Source of the DNA: Spongospora subterranea f. sp. subterranea
Lineage: Eukaryota
Length of the DNA: 64,000 nt
Direction of reading: 5' to 3'
NCBI GenBank assembly: GCA_049724395.1
Contig: JAUGWO010000091.1
Span: 186,001 to 250,000, forward strand
In this document: in pieces, positions 25,062-37,411 of the stretch
Layout of the letters: every line of letters starts with the position of its first letter
Numbering within the stretch: the stretch's first letter is position 1
Position numbers and translations under genes: made by a program
Notes under the pieces: generated by a model
Databases searched by the model: none
The model's input: the letters and a program-made list of their open reading frames with translations, nothing else
What the model was told of the DNA's origin: nothing

Positions 25062-25134
25062 GCCCGCGTAGCTCAATCGGTAGAGCGTGGGACTCTTAAT
25101 CCCAAGGCTGCGGGTTCGAGCCCCGCCGTAGGCT
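25062..25134 (+). tRNA. tRNA-Lys(CTT)
   Basis: GCCCGCG..GCTC-AATCGGTA-GAGC, TGGGA-CTCTTAA-TCCCA, GCGGG-TTCGAGC-CCCGC, CGTAGGC; T6 terminator; one C:A mismatch in the acceptor stem. Confidence 0.93.
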
Positions 25135-25811
25135 ATACTTTTTTCCTCAAGTTTTACGATAGTTTATTGTGTTAATACGTCCGAGTTCGAGCTTCAAAGA
25201 AATCGTTCACCTTGGTTCACAAATTGTTTCGATTTCTGATTTTTGCCTTTCGCCATCAATTGATAAGCTAAGAGACGTAGGGCATAGTCAGGAGATTACC
25301 ATCTTCTGTTCCGGGAGTTTAGATTTGCCCTATGTCAAAACTTTTGAGTATATGCCAGCGCCCAGAAAAAGCTCGAAGATGCGACATCCGCGCTGGATAG
25401 GCATGGCAAGAATTGAGTAATTGAAGGTGAAGGTCTTAGACCTGATCTTTGTAATAGATTTTCACGGGATATTCCTTCAGAAACGGAAGTTATGGTTTGA
25501 GCAAACGTACGATCTTATAAATCAGGGAATCAAACGTAAAAGCTGAAATTGCGGTCGACAAACAGAATCTTACCATTGATTGCGTTCGGCAAGTGCTCAA
25601 TTTGTGTAGCTACGATTAAAGGTTCCAGAAATGACGAGCAGGTGTCGGCCAGCAAAAGACATAAACGTTAGAAGACAAATAGGAAACAACGATGGCAGCC
25701 GACGAGAACTCTAATCTACTATAATCCATTGGTCCTACTTGAACAACAGGGCACCAAATTCACGAGCTTGCCTCGATATAATACATGGACAAATTTTGAT
25801 CAATGCTATAT

Positions 25812-27511
25812 TTAACAAGGCCAGATTCGAATCGATCGATCATATGAGCAAACGGCAAGTTCATGTGTAGACATGTTAACCGAAACATCCCTCTAGAGTT
25901 CATAATCAATAGGGATCTATGAACAAAAAAGCAAAAAATGGCGTACAGGTAGCTTGGCAAATCCGCCTAAACGAACTTGTACTTGCTCAGTTTTAAGATC
26001 CCAAACGACAACTGTATTATCTTGAGAAGTTGAATATATGCAGCTGTCGTTTGCCGAAAACGACGCCCTAGGGCAACTGTATTCATCCGATATCGCCCCA
26101 TAAAGTGAGATGACAGGGCCAGGACAAGCCCTGTCCAGCATTATTGAGCTAGAAACAGGATCAGTCACGTCAACAAATTCAGATGAAACAACCCGGTTTT
26201 CACCGGTTATGATCCGTTGAAGCAAAGCAAACATTGCTAAACTCATTGGTGTTTCCGGAGCACAGATCCAAAACATTGAAACTGCAGTGCTCATCTTGAT
26301 TTGTATTCATATTCACCGAGGACTCATGTTTGCACCCATCCTCCGCATCATAGTAATGTAGAAGATGGTCATCACGTAGTGCGACTGCCACCAATGTTCC
26401 GATCCAACATATGGATTCTGGGTTCGTCACGAAATGTATTCGGTGAACCTCCACCCTTTGAGATCCGTGTCAGCAATGATCACCAAATGGGGCAAACGTT
26501 TGTTCTTACCAAACATAAGGTCTTGCAGATTCCATTTGGCGATAAATAGCCAAAGAATGATCCGAAGACGCACTGGCCAATAGCTGTCCGTTCGGTGAAA
26601 AGCGGACACAATTTATCCTTTTATGTGGGTGTTGAGCCACTTCTGTGCTAGCCCCAGTTGATATATCCAACTAACATACCATATGACTTCCAAAAACGTG
26701 CACAAAACGATTGATACATACGAAATGGACAGATCCATTCATGCAGCCAACGGACAGAATATCGTATTGAGCTGGATTGAATTCTATGGTCAAAACAGGA
26801 CCAGAAACGAGCTGATCTATGATAATGGCCTGTGTAAAAAATTACATTTTCGATACAAGCAAAAGCTTCGTCCTTCACCGACCGCATTGTCGATATCTTT
26901 GACTTTAACGGTTCGACCGGCGGCCCCCGTAGCCAGAATCCTTCTATCTGGGTGTTTCGACCAGGAAATGCAAGTGATATTTGAATCATGGACATTTTCG
27001 ATCAAGGTAAATTTATCAACGGAAGGTAAACACAACGGAATATCAGATTCCAACTGGAAAAGAGTTTCTAACAATAACTAATCGGCGATGAAGATTAAAC
27101 ATTCTGACATACAATTTGCTTGAGAATTCTAGTTTGATTGGGGTCAACCGTAGGTTTGCATATCTGTCGCTCGTCGTAAAGCGTCATGGCATTGAGAAGA
27201 ACGTTGGCGTTCAATGGAGCTGGAGTGTCAGGATGGTTACTCCTGAAATTTAAATAAGATCGATACCCAAGACCGGTATCACAGCAATACAATTCATAAA
27301 GTAGTGTGTTTCGGGTCGAGGTGAACCCATGATCGTCGAGAAACTGTACGACGGCCGCGAGAGCGCTCGCGTGCGGATGCGCCTGGAAAAACGTCTGTGG
27401 ACGGCGCTCTAACACCATCCTCTCTTGGCAAGTTCGCAACGTGGCCAACGCATTGTCATGTTGGGACAGTAGGGGGTCATCATCAGGTGGGCAGAATCCT
27501 TTCGCCATCAT
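25812..27511 (-). CDS. LisH-motif / WD40-repeat protein (multi-exon)
   Basis: LisH-like AVVQFLDDHGFTSTRNTLLYE. WD repeats: VHDSNITCISWS..LATGAAGRTVKV, VSAFHRTDSYLASASSDHS, IYSTSQDNTVVVWD, CSYDRSIRIW. Confidence 0.8.
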
Positions 27512-27576
27512 TCGGATATATTTGCCGACTGCGCAACAAAGCACAAATTTTAATCGAAAATTTTGATGATGGATTT

Positions 27577-28106
27577 TTAATGCCCTTCGGATTCGAGGAG
27601 CTCTTCAATTTCCTCTTCCTCATTACAGGACACATTTGTGACCCCGGGGAGCATATCCATAAACTTGGGCAGGGTTTGAGCGAACAGGACCTTGTCCTGG
27701 TCGTTGGAGTTCAATGGCTTCCAGAAGATAAGATAGAGTTTTGACGCATTCCTTTTGTCGGCTGTTTTATATTCGTAATCGTAAACAACGTAGCGGCAGT
27801 TTGACCCTGGTAATTTGGCGATTAGACTTTCGTAATTCTCGTCCCTCGCCCCAATCTTCTCAACCTTTAAACAGATTTTCAGAACTGTACAATTAGTCAA
27901 AATTCAGACTTTTGTAACCACCTTAACAACAAGATCAGTGATTGTGAATATCAGATAACGATGCTGACGGCGAATTTTTAAGTCTTGGAAGATCTCAGCG
28001 AGATTATCAGCATAAGTTGCCTGTCAACATCATATCAACAACGAGTCGACATAAATCCGAAGGATTGCCCAAAGCATCTCAGTGAAAAAGCTTTTAAAGA
28101 TACCAT
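27577..28106 (-). CDS. Actin-depolymerising factor / cofilin
   Basis: ATG-only first exon (28104-28106), intron, then ATYADNLAEIFQDLKIRRQHRYLIFTI..YESLIAKLP..CRYVVYDYEY..SKLYLIFWKP. Confidence 0.9.
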
Positions 28107-28315
28107 TTTTTTCAAAGGATTGCGTCAAAGGCGCTGTCTATGCTGGCCAAATATTTGTTTGTTTTTCGAAATCCTTGGCAAAACAAGCCCAGGATTTGAT
28201 CATAATCATGTGTACACTCCAGCAGTCATCACATTCACCCACCACTCACCTGTGGCGCAGCCAGGCCCTGTTGGTACTAATGTCTCGTTTCTAGGGACAA
28301 AACGGGTGTCGCTCA

Positions 28316-30635
28316 TGTTTCACTGTATTTCTATGTTGTCTGTGTTGGAATATGTTGACCTGTGGTTCACTAATATTAAGTAAATTAGACAGACTTCAAT
28401 GATCAGTTCATTATCGCTTATTTGTTTTACTGTATTTCTATGTTGTCTGTGTTGAAATATGTTGACCTGTGGTTCACTAATATTAAGTAAATTAGACAGA
28501 CTTCAATGATCAGTTCATTATCGCTTATTTGTTTTACTGTATTTCTATGTTGTCTGTGTTGAAATATGTTGACCTGTGGTTCACTAATATTAAGTAAATT
28601 AGACAGACTTCAATGATCAGTTCATTATCGCTTATTTGTTTTACTGTATTTCTATGTTGTCTGTGTTGAAATATGTTGACCTGTGGTTCACTAATATTAA
28701 GTAAATTAGACAGACTTCAATGATCAGTTCATTATCGCTTATTTGTTTTACTGTATTTCTATGTTGTCTGTGTTGAAATATGTTGACCTGTGGTTCACTA
28801 ATATTAAGTAAATTAGACAGACTTCAATGATCAGTTCATTATCGCTTATTTGTTTTACTGTATTTCTATGTTGTCTGTGTTGAAATATGTTGACCTGTGG
28901 TTCACTAATATTAAGTAAATTAGACAGACTTCAATGATCAGTTCATTATCGCTTATTTGTTTTACTGTATTTCTATGTTGTCTGTGTTGAAATATGTTGA
29001 CCTGTGGTTCACTAATATTAAGTAAATTAGACAGACTTCAATGATCAGTTCATTATCGCTTATTTGTTTTACTGTATTTCTATGTTGTCTGTGTTGAAAT
29101 ATGTTGACCTGTGGTTCACTAATATTAAGTAAATTAGACAGACTTCAATGATCAGTTCATTATCGCTTATTTGTTTTACTGTATTTCTATGTTGTCTGTG
29201 TTGAAATATGTTGACCTGTGGTTCACTAATATTAAGTAAATTAGACAGACTTCAATGATCAGTTCATTATCGCTTATTTGTTTTACTGTATTTCTATGTT
29301 GTCTGTGTTGAAATATGTTGACCTGTGGTTCACTAATATTAAGTAAATTAGACAGACTTCAATGATCAGTTCATTATCGCTTATTTGTTTTACTGTATTT
29401 CTATGTTGTCTGTGTTGAAATATGTTGACCTGTGGTTCACTAATATTAAGTAAATTAGACAGACTTCAATGATCATTCCCCTATCGCTTATTTGTTTTAC
29501 TGTATTTCTATGTTGTCTGTGTTGAAATATGTTGACCTGTGGTTCACTAATATTAAGTAAATTAGACAGACTTCAATGATCATTCCCCTATCGCTTATTT
29601 GTTTTACTGTATTTCTATGTTGTCATGTTGACCTGTGGTTCACTAATATTAAGTAAATTAGACAGACTTCAATGATCATTCCCCTATCGCTTATTTGTTT
29701 TACTGTATTTCTATGTTGTCTGTGTTGAAATATGTTGACCTGTGGTTCACTAATATTAAGTAAATTAGACAGACTTCAATGATCATTCCCCTATCGCTTA
29801 TTTGTTTTACTGTATTTCTATGTTGTCTGTGTTGAAATATGTTGACCTGTGGTTCACTAATATTAAGTAAATTAGACAGACTTCAATGATCAGTTCATTA
29901 TCGCTTATTTGTTTTACTGTATTTCTATGTTGTCTGTGTTGAAATATGTTGACCTGTGGTTCACTAATATTAAGTAAATTAGACAGACTTCAATGATCAG
30001 TTCATTATCGCTTATTTGTTTTACTGTATTTCTATGTTGTCTGTGTTGAAATATGTTGACCTGTGGTTCACTAATATTAAGTAAATTAGACAGACTTCAA
30101 TGATCATTCCCCTATCGCTTATTTGTTTTACTGTATTTCTATGTTGTCTGTGTTGAAATATGTTGACCTGTGGTTCACTAATATTAAGTAAATTAGACAG
30201 ACTTCAATGATCAGTTCATTATCGCTTATTTGTTTTACTGTATTTCTATGTTGTCTGTGTTGAAATATGTTGACCTGTGGTTCACTAATATTAAGTAAAT
30301 TAGACAGACTTCAATGATCATTCCCCTATCGCTTATTTGTTTTACTGTATTTCTATGTTGTCTGTGTTGAAATATGTTGACCTGTGGTTCACTAATATTA
30401 AGTAAATTAGACAGACTTCAATGATCATTCCCCTATCGCTTATTTGTTTTACTGTATTTCTATGTTGTCAAATATGTTGACCTGTGGTTCACTAATATTA
30501 AGTAAATTAGACAGACTTCAATGATCATTCCCCTATCGCTTATTTGTTTTACTGTATTTCTATGTTGTCTGTGTTGAAATCTGTGAATCTGTGGTTCACT
30601 TAAGTAAATTAGACAGACTCTTATCGCTTATTTGA
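28316..30635. repeat. AT-rich 107-bp tandem satellite, about 22 copies, two sequence variants
   Basis: Period of 107 measured from tttg at 28421, 28528, 28635 and onward. Variants are gatcagttcattatcgc and gatcattcccctatcgc; two copies have short deletions (~29625 and ~30470). Confidence 0.98.
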
Positions 30636-30773
30636 TTCAGAATCATACTAAACAGACCCTTTGTCGGCATAGTTTCGTCAAGGTGGCCTCACTTCTTCGG
30701 TTTGCGTGAGATATCTTATTGTAGATCGTGGTTAGTTGATCGTGGTACATTCTCCCCCTGATTGGTCAACCAC

Positions 30774-33006
30774 ATGACGAGCACCTTGCCCAAGTCACGT
30801 CGCGCCAAGCGTGCGGCCACGTTGGAGACTTGGTACCGGATCTATGACAAAGCGTTGATCGTCACCAACCATGTGTCCACGACTCGTCGTACTGGCCGGT
30901 CCGCCTCCATCGTTGAACGGCTCTCCAATCCGGAAGCGCTTGGCCACGCTAGATTGACGTACCATTTCGACGGCGCCAAACTGAAGGAGGGACGCGCTAG
31001 CATCGCCGCCAAGAAAATAGGTTCGGAATTTAATGATTTTTGACAGATTCTACACACCTGATGGTACCGTTAGCTGATTTAATGGATGGTCCCTCATCAA
31101 TCTATGACTCGGTAAAACTATAATCTATTTTGGCAAAATGGTTTTTTTCGCATGACTTAGTTGGTCAACCTTTGACGAGCTTAATTGGGCTCTGAGAAGT
31201 TTTACCCATTTGATCGCTCAAAAGTACGGAATTTGTTTTATTAAAAATTTCTGCTGAACAGGTTCTTATTGAAGAACGTGGGTTTGTGTGTTGTCTCAGT
31301 CATTCGCGTACTACATTGTGGTCCAGATTGCTATTTATGCCTCCATACTGAGCATGGTCGCAAGAAGCGACATTAGCCAGACCGATCGCAAACTATGGTA
31401 AAGCACCCCATTCATCATTTTCACCAGATTTTGAACGATTTCTTTGATTCGATGATTGGATCGGATTTATTCAATTGATTCGATTTTCAAAATTATCGCA
31501 ATTCGTTAATGTCGTTTTCGTATCCGTATTGCGATGCCAAATCAATTCGGTTTGAATCAACACCGTTTTTGCAACAAAAATGGGTAGTGAATATGCTCAG
31601 GTATGTCGTTGACGCAGTGACAACTGCATTCTTCTTGATCGAATTCATCCTCCAATGGGTGTTCTTCCCATTTCCCTGTCAATTCTTCCAAAGTTTGGCG
31701 AATCTTTTTCGTCAAGGAATACGATTCTAATTATGGTTTGTAGATTTTCTGGTTATATCGAATTTGCTGGCCATCATGTCGTTTCCGTTCGATTACGCCG
31801 TTCCTAGTCCCTACTCGCCAGACATTATTCTTTGCATCTTGTCAATTTCAAAGGTGTTGCGTGTCGTGCGGATCCTTAAAACCTATCCTCCTAATAGCCC
31901 AATTCATGTAAGAACATTAGCTCCAATTAACAGGCTTTACGTTCAGTTTTGATGCTGAAAACCCGATTCAGATGATATCTGTTCTACCAAATCCGTCAAC
32001 TTGGACCAGGTTTCGTTTACTGTGATTTCTTCAGTTGTATTCGTTCTCTCTTTTAGTTCCAGAAGTGGCCCAAACCTGAAGACTAGATTTATTTTTATAC
32101 GGTGTCTGATTATTGCTGGATTGGCATAGATGGTAGTTCGCGTTGTGTCCAGTAGTATCCAGCCCTTCGCCATGGTCACTTTTATGATCGTGATTGTGGT
32201 GGTGTTCTATGCCTCTGCAGTCTATTTCACTGATAGCACCACTTCCGACCAAGTCTATATTGCTACGAGTAGCAAGTCTCGTATTCTAGGGTTCGAGAGC
32301 ATTCCAACCGGATTGTATTGGGCCGTCTCAACTGTTTGTACTGTCGGTTATGGTGATGTGGTTCCATATACGATGCCAGGGAAACTGATTGGAGGTCTGG
32401 CAGCTGGATCAGGGATATTAGTTCTGGCAATACCGGTAAGCCACTCGACAATGCTTTTACGAATGTCAATTGCCAACATCCCGCACGTTCGATTCTACGA
32501 TTTTCGCTACTTCTCAATTAGCTTTTGAGTGTTGCTTCGTCAAGTTGTCGATGATCAATAGGCTTACTGGTTGTCAGATATCAATAGTTGGCCAGAAGTT
32601 TTTGGAAGAAAACTCACGCTACCAAGCGAGTCAGGCGGCGGCCAAATCGGCGTCCATCGTGAAAATGGTCGGCGAAGCTGTGAATCAACTTGGTACCAAA
32701 CTCGAGCGTAAATACGGCATTACTGATGGGTTCCCTGGCAACAATCAAAGGTTCAACAATTGTATCATGCCGTGTTTCATCTGATGTTCGCATTGGTTTG
32801 TTGTTAGTCCTCAGACAGAGCCCACCAACTTCACGACGTTTCATAGTCAGGCCAACGATGAATATAGGGAACTGGAAGCTATCGTCTACCGTAGTTTTTC
32901 GCGGCGTGAATCGTCAGTGAAGGCGGCGCTTGCAGACGAAGGACAGACCGTTTTTGGGCAGTTCCAACATATACTACGGAACTTAATGGAAGGAACTCCC
33001 ATATAA
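30774..33006 (+). CDS. Voltage-gated (6TM) potassium channel (multi-exon; ends approximate)
   Basis: S4-like KVLRVVRILK, S5 FMIVIVVVFYASAVYF, pore FESIPTGLYWAVSTVCTVGYGDVVP, S6 GKLIGGLAAGSGILVLAIP. Confidence 0.9.
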
Positions 33007-33482
33007 TACTGCCTTCAATCATGCAATTTTTTTTAATAGATATCATCGCGTTCTTAGAAATAATTTGCACCATAAGGAACTTCCTGATAAATTGCTCCAT
33101 GAACCTACGGTTAAACTTCTCAATTTCCATTATCAACACGCTATGACGAATAGCAGGTCGCCTGGATTGTGAATGCCGGCGACAGCATCTATACGTCAAT
33201 CAAAAACAATTCCAATAGCAAACAGAATAATTGAGGAAATTTCGACAGCGAATACACCAAGGGGGAATACCCGCCCATCCTAATTTACTGTCTCTGGGTT
33301 CCCTGTCTTCCTTATAGCGCGCCTGCTTGTCATTGATCATGTATCGATCCGACTGTGTATCATGCCTCGTCACAGGGTCGAAAAGAAGCCAACTGATCAC
33401 TCATGAGTACCCGAGTGTCAATCGCATTCGTTAGAGGATCCGAGTTTTCCGAGCCCGCCGTCTATTTTGGCGCTACTACAGC

Positions 33483-34884
33483 ATGTCGACACCCACTCCA
33501 TCGAGACGATCCACTCGCCTCAGCATCGCACCGATTCCTTTCGAGGCGATCGAGCCGATGTCACCGGTCCCGCGAAAGTTAACGGCAAAGAAAAGCGTGA
33601 AAACCCTCTCGTCCTCTTCACCGTCGGTAACGAAGAAAGGGTCAACTAAATCTGTGTCGCTGTCAAAAGAGAAGAAAACGACCGCGACAAAGAAACGGTC
33701 CGCCGCAAAAACGTCATTGACCAAGAAGCGGAGGTCGACTGGGAAAAAGCGAGACTCGTCAGACGCTGAATCTGCAACAGAATTCTCGGGAGAGGTAATC
33801 AAAACCGACTTTTTCAATTGTACGAACTCCACCAATGCTATTAGTTCAGTTGTCAGAACTTTCTCGATCTCCCAAGAGACAGTCGTCGAAGTCGCCACGG
33901 CGCCAAACGCAAGATGCGTCTACTTCATCGTCGTTATCGTCAGATATGGAGGAAAAGGAAGGTGGTGTTCGCACGACATCTGAACTTCCGTTGATTGTGG
34001 ATGTGATATGGCTTACCCTCTTTAACGTCGCCGCCTTCGCCTTCGCGCTTGCAGCAATTCACCCCGAGAGAACGTTGGATCAATTATCAGAATGTGTTCA
34101 TACGGTTTGGCTGATAAGGCTGTTAATTTCCTTTCGATTTGCTTATGAGAAAACTAGGTGAAAGTGTTAAAGCTGGTTCTCCCAATGGGTGACAACTGGC
34201 AAATTTTCATGCGTTGTGCAGTCCTGTTTGCAATCGGAGCTGTTCCCGTTCGCAGGTGGTCCAGATATCATTTCTCGGAAACTCGTATCCCAAGCGATGT
34301 CATGATTGGTGCCGTCTATGGCGTCTTGAAACTAGCTCTTATCCAGTTCTTCATGTTCAAGGAAGGTGAAAACGAGCACCAGGCCGCAGTGTTGCATGCT
34401 TCTCTCGGGTTTGCCGTTCAGGAATTTATTCTTCACTTTTCATCGGTATCATTTTCAGGTAGGAATCTAAGCTATCGAAAGATGAACTTTGCTGACAACA
34501 TTACTCCTAGATAATTTGCAGCGGATTATTGAGATGCTTGGCAATTCCGTTATTTTGTTCATGTCTGAAGATGATGTCAGCCTCCAAGCAATGGCCTACA
34601 CTCTTACGACGCTCACGATGTCCAAGGTGCTGCGATGTTTTTTGGTGATTGCATCATCAAAAAAGGCGTATTTTGCGTTCAGGCGAACAGTAGCCATTGG
34701 GCATACTGTCCTATTGTCGATTGGTATTCCCTTTATATTGAGCTATCTCATCAAAAAGGCAAAGGAAAACGAGAACGACTCGGTGATCCAACCAACATTT
34801 TCGATGGTCTTAACCCCTATCATATGTACCACGGTACTACTTTCCTCCATTGTTTTGTCGCATTTGGATTTGCTGTTCAATTAA
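33483..34884 (+). CDS. Hypothetical multi-pass membrane protein with Lys/Ser-rich N-terminus
   Basis: Consecutive plus-strand ORFs separated by intron-sized gaps; basic low-complexity N-terminus followed by several hydrophobic segments; no family recognised. Confidence 0.6.
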
Positions 34885-34973
34885 AAAGCGCGTTGAAAAT
34901 CGTCATTGTAAGATTGTGTCGAATAAACAAAGATTTACAAAATCAAATAGACCAGTATTGTTGTGAAGCAACA

Positions 34974-35804
34974 TTATTGCTGTTTACATTCCCCATCTGC
35001 ACCAGGAGTTTCTTGCTGCGTATTCGTATCCAATTGCATCAATTCTTGCCTATATTGTAACCTGTCATGAGAAAGTTCTCGCATGGATATTGTAATACCT
35101 GTGCAATTCTTCACTTTCAATGAGCACAGGAGGTTTCTTGTAAATCAAAAGCAGAGTATTGTTCCCGTATTGCCAACTTAGACTACGAGAACTTAGCATG
35201 ATACCCAGGCGGTTGATTTCCGGAATGGCAATTCTCTTAAAGTATCTAGTTACATTCAGATGTCAAACGGGAGGATGCGTATGGAAAGAATCCATCACAC
35301 TTCTTATTGCTCGTTCTAACCACGATATCTTGCGCCGTGTTGTCTACAGACACATCGTATATGTATGCAGGATAGAATAAGTTTCGTATACGAAATTCAA
35401 TCGTATTGGGAGTGTCTTTTCGAGTCACAATCGGCTGATGGGTTCTCAACAAATTTGAATAACAATACGGTGTACGGTGATACCGAATTTGATGACTCTT
35501 TTAGGGTATCATTTGCGGCTGCTGCTCCTGACGATCCTGGATTACCCACCTCATACTTCCAATCTTGAATCGCACCCAGCATCGTCTTCCCGCGGCATTT
35601 CCTCACAACTAAGTCATCGGTTCTGAGATCATATTCTTCAACCTGCGTTCGACTTAAGTCAGCTCGGCACTATGAACGACGAGATATGCCCACCATCTCC
35701 GTTCCATCGTGAAAGGTCGTATGGATTTTTCGCCTGCCACCAGCGACAACCGTTGTACGGTGCGGTTTTGGAGCTTGCAGCTCCTCAGACGTTCTAATCG
35801 ACAT
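34974..35804 (-). CDS. DPCD: DPCD (deleted in primary ciliary dyskinesia) homolog
   Basis: GRRKIHTTFHDGTEMVEEYD..LVVRK.R..LG..WKYEVG..ESSNQPIVTRKDT..FRIRNLFYP..YDV..IVVRTSNKKYFKRI.IP..NNTLLLIYKKP..ECKQQ. Confidence 0.92.
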
Positions 35805-36679
35805 TCCTGGTTCAGCAAATCACCGATCAGACGATAATGTGAAAGGTGAAGTCAGAGGAACCCGATTATACAGACACCATCACGATACACTATGTAGCCA
35901 ACAGGCCACGCTCATATCAATCACTGAAGATCTCTGATCAAACTCACCATCATTGATATAGTCCATGACGATTAGGTCCTGGTAAAACGGCACCAGTGAT
36001 GGACGCAGGATCCGATGACAAACCGCCAAGAGATTGCCATAAAAAGGACCATCTGAGAAAAATCCAACCGAAAAATTGTTAAGTACACCAAAGGTGGTTT
36101 TTGAAAAGCAGTGCCGCTGTCATGTCAAGAATTCCCGCTCAGGTCCAAATGGCCTTGTTGGATTTGCGATTCGGCAAAGCGGTCAGACGATTTTTGCGGT
36201 TGCGGCAATTTGAAGCTTCTTTTAGCATCAGATTGGCGGAGAGTTGCGGTTCACTGACTCCGACTGTACATCGCTCGATCGCAATCGACTTGTCTACAGA
36301 TATGTTTTCCTGTGCTTTTCGAGGACTCCCGCTGCAAAACATGATTCAATGTATTTTGTCAAAAGGCAATAGTAGTTAAGTTGACGGCTTGCTAAAACCC
36401 CCTATCTCTGAATTTTAGCTATATATTACTTGAACGGCTGACCCGTCAACAATAAATTCTACGTCCAAGTTTCCGAAATGTTTTTTCCTCAAGTCATTGT
36501 TGCATAGGAGTTGGGGTTTCGTGAATTAGGTCGGCATTTCAGTGCAACACGCAAGGCCGCATTAGTGAGAACTTGGACACGCTTTGAAGGGCAGGCTCAG
36601 ATGTCCAAATGGCGATTCTGCAAAACTGCTGAAACTCAGGACAAGCGCAAAAATCTGCGATTTTCGCCCTCAGAAAATT

Positions 36680-37296
36680 ATGCGTCTGCGGGCATGCTGG
36701 TTGTACAGGCGGCTTCTGCGGGAAGGAGAGCGGTTTTTCGATCCAATAGGAAGCTGGTACATTAAGTGGCGAACGCGAGATCGCTTCGCTCGCTACCGAT
36801 CGGAGAAGAATCCGTCGAAAATCAACAAGTCGAAGCTCGTGTTGCGTTGTTCAATGGATTTTGACAAATGTGGTGATTAGGCATATTGGCGATGGTATGC
36901 AGTTGTGGCGCAAACTAAAGCGTGCCAATCGTGGCGATTATAAAGATGCACAAAGAGTGATAAACTTGGCTTATGGCGCCACAGGGAAGATTAAACATCT
37001 CAAAGAACGCGTCAGTTATCGGTTTGTCTTTGACGGGTTCTGTTGCATTCTCACATTATATACCTTAGTACAATGTATTAGCTGTATCTAGTCCACATCA
37101 AATCCCTGCTCTACATTCTTATCCTGCGCTTCTCCGTTTGATGCTGTTATGCGATCGGAAGGTGTTTCAGGAATCTTTGCGAGAATATATTCTGCCACTG
37201 CCTCGCCATCAGCGCCGATTATACGTCGATCTATTCGACAATAAATCGTGGACGACTCATCCAGAGCCGGAACATTTTAAAACTGAACTCGGTTGA
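36680..37296 (+). CDS. LYR-motif (Complex1_LYR-like) protein
   Basis: LYRRLLREGERF..YIK.RTRDRF..L.RAN.GD..RVINLAYG.TGK; two short introns. Confidence 0.7.
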
Positions 37297-37411
37297 TAAA
37301 GCGATATCGTTTTGATTCAACTATCACTGCCTTGGAGCTAAGAGCGAAACCGATTTGAGGAACATTTATGATCGCACACTGTATAGAGTAGACAATCTTA
37401 AAACTATTGGT

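Noticed and set aside
28250..28316. MSDTRFV... as the first cofilin exon, which would put the satellite directly at the ATG
   Set aside because: Its splice phase does not fit the next exon; an ATG-only exon at 28104-28106 fits in frame.
28316..30635. CRISPR array
   Set aside because: Units repeat in full with no unique spacers, there are no cas genes, and the context is an intron-rich eukaryotic genome.
35912..35962. C/D-box snoRNA-like hairpin on the minus strand
   Set aside because: Only about 50 nt, both boxes are imperfect, and I could not identify an rRNA-complementary guide.
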